From: the human T2T-CHM13v2.0 reference genome, Homo sapiens
Assembly: GCF_009914755.1 (NCBI RefSeq)
Contig: NC_060926.1
DNA: 64,000 nucleotides
Strand: one strand, 5' to 3'
Part shown: positions 55,281-64,000 of the stretch, in pieces
Numbering within the stretch: the first letter of the stretch is position 1
Layout: each line of letters opens with the position of its first letter
Translations under genes and position numbers: made by a program
The notes under the pieces: generated by a model
What the model was told of the DNA's origin: nothing
The model's input: only the letters and a program-made list of their open reading frames with translations
The model's database searches: none

Positions 55281-57004
55281 TATTTCACATTTTTCCTTGA
55301 TCACTCCTACCAGGAATAAAATTCTGGGAGGGTATAAGTAGGTAGTGAAGTGCTAACTGGTCTGGTTAATTGTTAGAGTTCTGTTAAAAAAAGTTATTTG
55401 AAAAAAGTATTTTGGAGCTAGGATCTAATTTATTAATATATCTGGATTTTCTTTTTCAATTTTGGTGTCCATTATTCACATAAGTAATTGTGGTTTTGCT
55501 ATATTTTTTCCTCCTGAAAAATTATGGCTATACAACTAACTTTATTGTATACTGAATTTTGGAATTTTTTAGGATTTGATGTTCTTACTGGGGAGAGGAT
55601 TTTGAATTATTTAACCACTTTCCCTTTGAGCTTCTTATCCACAGATGGATCCACTTAGAATAAATGAGGACTACACCAACATGAAAAGGGCTAAAATAAT
55701 GACACTTTTCATAAGAAACTAGTAATAATACTTGGTAGTTTTTTAATACTTTTCTTCCACATAGATTTGGGTTATCTTAGGCTATACTGTATTTGGTTGG
55801 AAGCTTAATAAATAACCACCACAGGACATTTATATCTTTCAACATCCATTTTTTTCTTGGACCCAAGATTACCTATATAGCACTTAAGTTAAACTTCTAC
55901 TCTCTTTATGTGCATACTTAGACATTGAAGCATAGACCATTTATTCTTACAGGTCAAGACCCTGTAAAAATTAATGAGATGTGTCAGAATGGTGCCTTTG
56001 GGGATGACAAAACTGGAGTGCAATTCCAGATGGAAGACAAAGCATGTTCTGCCAGTGGGGGGCATTACTGGCCTAGTGCAGTAGGAAAAGTTTTTCAGTC
56101 CTGGAGATCCTCTGTTATGGACTATCCATAAGGACAAACTCAGCATATTTTAAACTATAAGCTGGGATAGCTAAAAATACAAGATTATGTTAAAAATATT
56201 TTCAGACCCCTTCTATATTGTTCCAAATCTCTTTCTAAGTGGGCTCTGTTTTTCAGAGTATCATCTACAAAATGTACATATAAAGAAGGAGTGATTTGCT
56301 TTACCATAAGAGTGTTTATTCACTAGAATATTTTATGTAGGATTCTTTTAAATCAAGACTCACTAACCCAAGTACTTATAGGGGTCAGGTAGAATATATA
56401 AGTAAGTAAAGGGGGCTGGATGGAGAACTAGCTAGACAGTTCAATCCACTTGCTAGAACTAGTCTCATATGTTCATTCACCTATCTCTAGCTGGTGTGGT
56501 AAAAATAACAATGGCCTCAGAGTTTACAGATTTGAGTTTTGGGTTGAGCTCTTTCACTTATTGGCTCTATAACTTTGGACATCAGTGCTTCATCGACATG
56601 AAGACATGTTGAAATACATGCTCTCTAAGGTGACTTCCAGTTTGAGTGATGGAAGTGTGTGGACACCAATCACCTCAGCCCTCTACCCTACAGATTTCTA
56701 AATCATAGAGGAAAATCACAAGGAGCCAAATGGAAATAAAATATCGGCTTTATTCAGAAGTCTTTGATAGTGTCCAGATAGAGGGCACTGAAGGGCTTTC
56801 GACTTCTCTCTCTGAATGGAGACCTCAAGAACCATTCCTTTAGACTTACTCCCTACTCCTGTGACTGCCCCAGAAATAAAGCCAAAACAAGTTTTTGATG
56901 AGGTGAGGAGGCCCTATGTGAAAAGTGTAAGTGCAAAGTCTGTAAAACTTGAATACAGACAGGTGGAAGAAAAATACAGAAAAAATAAATTATGCTGTAC
57001 TTAG

Positions 57005-57320
57005 AGACGTGGTGGCTCACACCTGTAATCCCAGCACTTTGGGAGGCCAAGGCGGGTGGATCACGAGGTCAGGAGATTGAGACTATCCTGGCTAACACAG
57101 TAAAACCCTGTCTCTACTAAAAATACAAAAAAAAAAAAAAAAAAAAATTAGCTAGGCGTGGTGGCAGGCACTTGTAGTCCCAGCTACTCCAGAGGCTGAG
57201 GCAGGAGAATGGCGTGAACCTGGGAGGCGGAGCTTGAGTGGGCCGAGATCGCCCACTGCACTCCAGCCTGGGTGACAGAGCGAGACTCCATCTCAAAAAC
57301 GAAACCAAACAAACAAACAA
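57005..57320 (+). mobile_element. AluY-like SINE with expanded central A tract
   Basis: Diagnostic ggagaatggcgtgaacc and gcggagcttg; A21 at 57127-57147. Confidence 0.95.
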
Positions 57321-57489
57321 GAATGATATTTTCCTCCTAATCTCACCCAGAAGAGAAACACCAACCACCCAGTGCATGCTAAGCTCACACTGGCCTCACA
57401 AAGTAGACATGATGGGGCAATACTTTCCAAATCAAATTGAAGTATTTGACATTAGCCCCACATCATTCACACACACTTATACTAATAAG

Positions 57490-57960
57490 GATTTTTAGCC
57501 ACAGAAAATGAATTTTTAGTCTAACTAGTTTAAGCACAAAGGATTTATTGAGTGTGAAGACAGCTTAAAGAATTTTGGGGAAGAGTGAAACAACTTCCAG
57601 GTATGATTTCAAAAGTCCCTAGACTGCCCAGGGAGCTGATTCCCCTGCTTGATTAGGAAGTTGCAGCTGCCAACTCCAGAACCTTATTACCTCTTATAAT
57701 TTACCATGAAGAAGTTACCAAATCAGAGAGCTACTTCTATAACTGTCAGCTCTAGAACATACTTTCCTTTCCATGGTTCTTGCTGGAAAAATGAATGCCT
57801 TGCACTCTGCCTCTCTCCCCAGGCAGGTCAGTGTGAACCAAAATTTTGTGTCAGCACATTTGATAGGCAGAGGCCAGATCTCATCCAGAACCTACCTGCA
57901 AGGGTTCTGGGAAATGTAGATTTTAGTTTTCCAACACCCAATGTTTTTAGACTGGAAGTT
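57490..57960 (-). mobile_element. Old MLT1-like LTR
   Basis: ctaactagtttaagcacaaaggatttattg; tgcaagggttctgggaaatgtag. Confidence 0.45.
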
Positions 57961-58127
57961 GAATGAATCACTTCATCATCCAGAAAGTCATGTTTCCTAT
58001 CAGCCTTTTTCCTCAGAAGGATACAGGAAGCTTAACATCACAAGCAGGGCAGGAGGAGCTGGTACTTGATGTGTTTAGCAAAGCAATAGTCATAAAGAAT
58101 TAGAAGTTATTTAAAATTTTAGCATTA

Positions 58128-58290
58128 GTCAGGCACAGTCCCAGCTACTTGGGAAGCTGAGGCAGGAGGATTGCTTGAGCCCAGGAGTTCAGGGTTGTAG
58201 TACACTATGATCATACCTGTGAGTAGCCATTGCACTATAGTCTGGACAACATAGCAAGACCCAGTCTCCTAAAAGGGGGAAAAAAGGAGA
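58128..58290 (+). mobile_element. Alu monomer (FLAM-like)
   Basis: agtcccagctacttgggaagctgaggcaggaggattgcttgagcccaggagttc...aacatagcaagaccc. Confidence 0.85.
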
Positions 58291-58297
58291 AGAAACA

Positions 58298-58881
<584 letters not shown>

Positions 58882-59979
58882 ATTGTAGAAGGCAGATATA
58901 ATGGAAGGACAGGGAGAGAGGAGTGAGTCACAGAGAGGTAGAGGAAAGTAGATGTCAGGATCATTTTTTTCCTCCACTGTTAGAACCAAACAGGAGAAAT
59001 CATGGGATTCAGCTTCCTAGCAGGTTCCTCTCTCACCCAATAAACTCAATGGGGCAGCATGGATAAGCTGAGGGACTGCTGGAGTACAGCTTTCCTAAGA
59101 CATTGCATTTCTGTGTATTGTGTGGTTGTGCAAACCGGATTCCTGTGTGGCCCTGAGTGGAGAGGATATGAAAGGCAGATAAGTTGAATATCAGCAGACA
59201 CACTAACCAGAGTCACAAGGAGTGAGTCACCCTTCAGCAGAGCTGAGAGCTGACAACCCAGGCCTTGGAACTGGATGGAAACTGTGGAGACATTTAGAGG
59301 GATGTGTAGTGTCATGGAAAGCTGAGATGAGGCTGAATCAGAGATGAGGCTGAACAGCTGGTTTCAAACCACTGGGCGGAGAAAAACCAGCTCTTCACCG
59401 GAGCCTCCCATTATCTGTGAATTCCAGCAAGATGAATAGCAACTGAGAAGACAAGCAACATTGCTGAAGAGACCAGGGGACATAGAGGACACTGTATGGA
59501 TATGAGGACTTCTTTATCCCTAAAGCCCTAAAGCTTTAGATAGCAATCTTGGTGCGAAACTGGGGTAGGAGGCTAGGAATCTAATCAACGAAGTGCTTTC
59601 TACCTAAAGAGATTACACTTTATTTTTAAAAAGTGCTTAAAATATCATAAGGTTATTGGATTGAACTAAATGTTAACTTCTTCCTGTTACTAACAGGCTT
59701 TAAGAAGATGATCCAGGCAGTTGTAACCCAAATAATGATGTAGATTTTCTTTGTACATGTGGGTTTTAGAGTGAGTAACTTTGTGACACTGACAGATATC
59801 TCTTTTTCTGACAGAAACATCTTCCCTATCACTTCACTAGGAAGTAGAAGTATTGCTTCCCTGACTTAAAGCAGGGATGTTGCCAGAGTGGGAGATGGGT
59901 CTACATCCCCACACTTAGAATCTGTGCATTTATTGAGATAAGCTTTACTCTGCATTGCAAAGGGTTAAACCAAAGAAAA

Positions 59980-59989
59980 CACCACCACC

Positions 59990-60021
<32 letters not shown>
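59980..60021. repeat. Compound (CAC)n(AAC)n microsatellite
   Basis: caccaccac...caacaacaac. Confidence 0.95.
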
Positions 60022-60024
<3 letters not shown>

Positions 60025-60056
60025 GCAAACCCTAGAATACCTTTTTTACTAGTAGA

Positions 60057-60265
60057 GCAGATGTCAGCAAACTACAGCCTGTGGGCCAAATCTGTCTTGT
60101 CACCTAAAGTTTTATTGGAACACAACCATTCTCATTCATTTACATATTATCTATATCTGCTTTGTCAAACTTAAGTAGTTGGAACAGAGATTGTATGTCC
60201 CACAAAGCCTAAAATGTTTACTATCTGGCCCTTTATGGAAAAGACAAAGCTTGCCAATGTCTTCC
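60057..60265. mobile_element. MER58A-like (hAT-Charlie) element
   Basis: tcagcaaactacagcctgtgggccaaatc...aaagttttattggaacaca...tttactatctggccctttatggaaaa. Confidence 0.85.
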
Positions 60266-60689
60266 ATAAAGTATAAAAAATAAGTACATGCTAGTGAAAT
60301 GCATTTTATACTAAAGGAACACAGAATTGGAGGGGAATCATCATGGGATAGTGTTCACCAAAAATGATTTTCTAGAAGAGCAGGATGCATCTGGCTGGGC
60401 TTGTAAGAGAAGGCAGGATGGTGTTCATTTTTCCTTCAACAGGGGCTGGATGAAAAGTGTCCCAAAACCAAGCCCTAAGATGTCATCATGGCTTAGCTAC
60501 TTTATAGTTGAGTGGCATGGGAATGAAGTGACTGGGTAGTTACTTTAATAATAAGATTGAATAATTGGCTAATAGTTGTCATGCTCTAAAGCAGACACAG
60601 CTGTCTCACAAAGTTGTTCTCACTCATAGAACATTCTTACCCACTCCCTCTTGGTCATCTGCAGACAAGCATGACGAGCTTGGGCCAAA

Positions 60690-61100
60690 GGTGAAGACCA
60701 TGGAGCCACAAGATGGGTGGAGCCTATGATGCTAAATCACTGCTTAGAGGAGAGGCTCCTGCTGATAAAGAATACTGATTTTGGACTTCCTGTGAGAAAA
60801 AAGAAAACTTTTAATATGTGTGAGCCATTGTATACTTTTAGGTTTGTTATGTCAATTGATACTATTTTAATGCCTGAAATTGTTATTGGAAGTGGAGTGC
60901 TGCAAAACAAAACCAAAATAAACTAAACTAAAATGTATTTCAGCAGTGGGGATGGCAAAAGAATTGATATCAAGCCTGGAAAATGAAGATCCACATTATG
61001 TAGCTTCAAAACATTTGGAAAATCTATTCCTTTCCATAATCTGAAAATAAGACCCCATCGAACCTACTGAGGCTATAACTTGGAGTGATGAGAAATGCCA
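60690..61100 (+). mobile_element. Old MLT1 LTR end plus internal sequence
   Basis: ggacttcctgtgagaaaaaagaaaacttt...gagccattg; gaaattgttattggaagtggagtgctgc. Confidence 0.55.
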
Positions 61101-61686
61101 GAATAATAGTATATATTAAGTTTTAGTTTTTATGTTTAGTATTGTATTGTGAGATATAGATGAATTCAGGAGAAAATTGGCAAATCTCCAGTATAAATAA
61201 AGGGAATAAAGAATATCTAGAAATTTGAGGTCTTGAGAAAGCCAACTACAAGCGGCTACTGGGTTCCTATCAAATTCAATTATTAACCACATGTCAGGCA
61301 CTGGCTTGTGGCTGACTGTCAGGATTCTAATCCTAGCCCTACCACGCATTGTTTGTGTGACAGTAGATGTGTTATTTGACTTTTCCAATGGAGAGAGGTC
61401 AGAGGTGAAGTGGCCCTGAAGGTTAAAGCGGGTCTTTAAGAAGCTGAGACTATGAGGAAGCAGAAACTATCAGTGAGCAGGAATACGAGGCAGAGAGAAA
61501 ACCTGTGCTTTTGTGGTGAGGACTTCAGTGTGTGTGGTCTGGAGAATGGAGCAGATGGGCACTCGTGGGACAGGCAAATCCCTTCAATGGTAGATAAGAA
61601 CTTTGTGGACTTTCCCTGCTAAGGTTTTGAGAAATGCCATTGCTCTAGAACTCTAGTCTCTACAAGGCCTCATGCTAGTACACTCT

Positions 61687-62165
61687 TGCCGAGTCTGTCC
61701 TGCAGACTCTGGCTGAGCAACAGGTGAAAGAAGTACACAGACACAGGTATTTTGCCTGAGAGTGCGGCTAGGGGACTGCATGGCCTAGCACTGCCAAGCA
61801 CTGCCAACTAGAGTGCAGCCCCGATAAGCCGGAGCTGTTTGTACTTATTTAGTACAGCTTTAATGACAAAGGCCTGAAGCCAACACAACCTGTGGATAAT
61901 TAACATTGTCCTCCCCGCTTGCAGGGAGCAGTCTTGCATGCAGATGATCAAAGGTTGTTTTCCAGACAACATAAGTAAATAAACTTATCTAGATAAACTC
62001 CCTTACGTTTGCTTGCACCTACTTCTTGCCCTCTGCTTCAGGGTAATAGAATTAACTGCCTTCAGCTTTTATTCTCTCCTGAAGCTTTGCAAAACCTCCG
62101 GGCCTTCCAAGAAGGTTTGCATTTTTCCTTATAACTTTTGCCACCACCCTGACCAATCTCCTACA
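61687..62165 (-). mobile_element. LTR22-like (HERV-K HML-5) solo LTR
   Basis: Minus strand starts TGTAGGAGATTGGTCAGGGTGGTGG...GCAAACCTTCTTGGAAGGCC and ends ...GGCA; perfect TSD cactct at 61681-61686 / 62166-62171. Confidence 0.85.
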
Positions 62166-63029
62166 CACTCTTCTTGTATTCTATGAGATTTGCCATTCCT
62201 CATTTTTTCTTTTTATTCTAAAATAACTCCACTTCTTACTTAAGATAAACTGAGTGAACCTAGCAAAAACATCTATGATTAAATAAGTATTTAACTTTTA
62301 TGTATCTATATTGGGATGGAGAATTTGGCTTTGGTAATGGAATAAATTGTCAGGCAAACCTATCAGCCTAGTCTGTAGAGATATTTTTGCAAAATAAGAT
62401 GCTTGTGCTCAGGTATTCAATTGTAACTTGCTTCTTTCACTCCTCCCTAATTGCTAACTTCTTTGCCTGTTAAATTTGTGATTATATTTTAACAAAAAAG
62501 TAAATAGTGAAATTAAAAACACATAGTAAAGAAAATTATATTAGTCATATGGGAAATTTTCACTGTTTTTGAGTGAAGACATGTCAAAGTGTCCCTAAAA
62601 AGAAAAATCCTGCTCCACAAAGTATCTAATGATCCTGTTAAATCCACTATTTTGTCCTCATCATTTTTTTTCTGAAATTTGACCCCTTTAATTTATTTTG
62701 GGATAGCATTTGGTGTGGAAAGGTAGAAAAGTCAATGAGAGCTTGTTAAAAAAAAATTCCTTTGGGAGAGGGTGGTTGGTGCTGGGCCAACTCCCCTGTT
62801 CCTTACCAGCACCAGCCTTGAGTTGCAACTGCAGCAGCAGAATGGTCGCCGGGAGTTTCATGAGCATTGACTTTTCCTACCTTCCCCTCTTCTGCCCTGG
62901 TAAAATTAACTTTCTGTGCGTCCAGGTACTTCAGCTACAGCTTTTTAATGTTAGCTGAATCACCAAGGGTCTGAAAGGAAGAACATTTATTACGTACCCA
63001 CTCGGTTCCAGATGCTTTTAAATATGCTC

Positions 63030-63160
63030 TCTCAGCCAATACACATTGTTGTTATCATCTCTATTTTACAGATAAGGAAGTTTAGAAAGACTTAGTGGCT
63101 TGTGCAAGATCATCAGTTTTTCAAGTATCAAGATGTTCTGATTCCAAAGCTCATTTTTCT
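63030..63160 (-). mobile_element. MIR fragment
   Basis: ctctattttacagataaggaag...ttagtggcttgtgcaagatca. Confidence 0.7.
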
Positions 63161-64000
63161 TCCACTTGCTCATGTTACCTCTTGAGCAAATTCTTTAGGA
63201 GGCAGGAACATTATTGGGAAAGTTACAGGAGGCAGTTCTTTCTATAGCCTCATGATACACAGGATGTAACAACTTACTCCACTAGACCAGAGTGTATCCT
63301 ATCTAAAGCACAAAGACACTATACATGTAACTAGAAATCTTAGATAGCACGGATTTTTAGTTCAGAAGGGGAAACAGGGAGGAGGGTTGCAATCTCTTTC
63401 TTCTGTGCATTTTGACTTCATTTCTCTTCATGCTCCTTGGCATGCTTTATTCAAAAGAAGCTCCTAACCACATTTGCCTGTAGTATGCCTCATAATAGCT
63501 AGGGCCCCAGCAAGCCCGGAATGCTCAGAGTTGAGGCAAATGTGCTGATGACAATGTTCATTTTGTAAGCAGCCACCAGAGCCTCATCAGCCACACATCA
63601 TCAGGTCTGCATCAGTCCTGGCTTCATAGCAATTTAGCTGTGCCAGTTCCTCCTTGCTCTTCCTCCACTCCAATAACTTACAAAAATAAAAACATTCTTC
63701 ACATTTAAAATCGCATTTTTATAATCATGGAAAGAAGACAAAGGAACAGGGATTTTTCCGTTTGGAATAACTGGGGGACATACTGGACCACAAGTGAGAA
63801 TTCTAACTTGAACTCTTCCAGTAGAACTCTTCTACCTTGCTCTATACAAGGAAGTTGCTGAATAGATTATTCATTGGTGCCTCAGCTGATTTTATAATTC
63901 TATGACTATGGGCTAGTGAGAGCCCAGATATCTCAGTCATGGGCTAACATCATAATGTGAAGTAGCACCACCAAATGCACCATGTTATTCTTTGAATAAC

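Noticed and set aside
59322-59356. Short duplications (gagatgaggctgaa twice; similar ones at 19321-19346 and 26626-26655)
   Set aside because: Ordinary 13-20 bp slippage duplications with no further structure

Overview
AT-rich, CpG-depleted primate (human-like) genomic DNA, made up mostly of interspersed repeats (Alu, L1, L2, MIR, MaLR/ERVL/ERVK LTRs, hAT and Tigger DNA transposons) with unique non-coding blocks between them. I recognise no host protein-coding exon. The ORF track is either L1-derived or chance ORFs. Best-supported features: a processed RPL41 pseudogene inserted into a MER53 element (~6.87-7.30 kb, minus); a U6 snRNA/L1-3'-end chimeric retrocopy (~21.05-21.22 kb, minus); a full-length, disrupted L1PA4-like LINE-1 (~48.3-54.4 kb, minus) that keeps the 129-bp ZNF93-target segment and an ORF0 start, with ORF1 broken by a single nonsense codon; two THE1 LTRs, each with a perfect DUX4 motif; a Tigger3; and an LTR22-like solo LTR. 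Several local duplication scars are also visible. Most L1-mobilised inserts lie on the minus strand, which suggests (inference only) a long intron of a plus-strand gene. I found no convincing new biological system; the findings are mostly retrotransposition and repair curiosities plus testable regulatory or splicing hypotheses. Repeat subfamily names come from remembered consensus sequences, not a search, and boundaries of old repeats are approximate.
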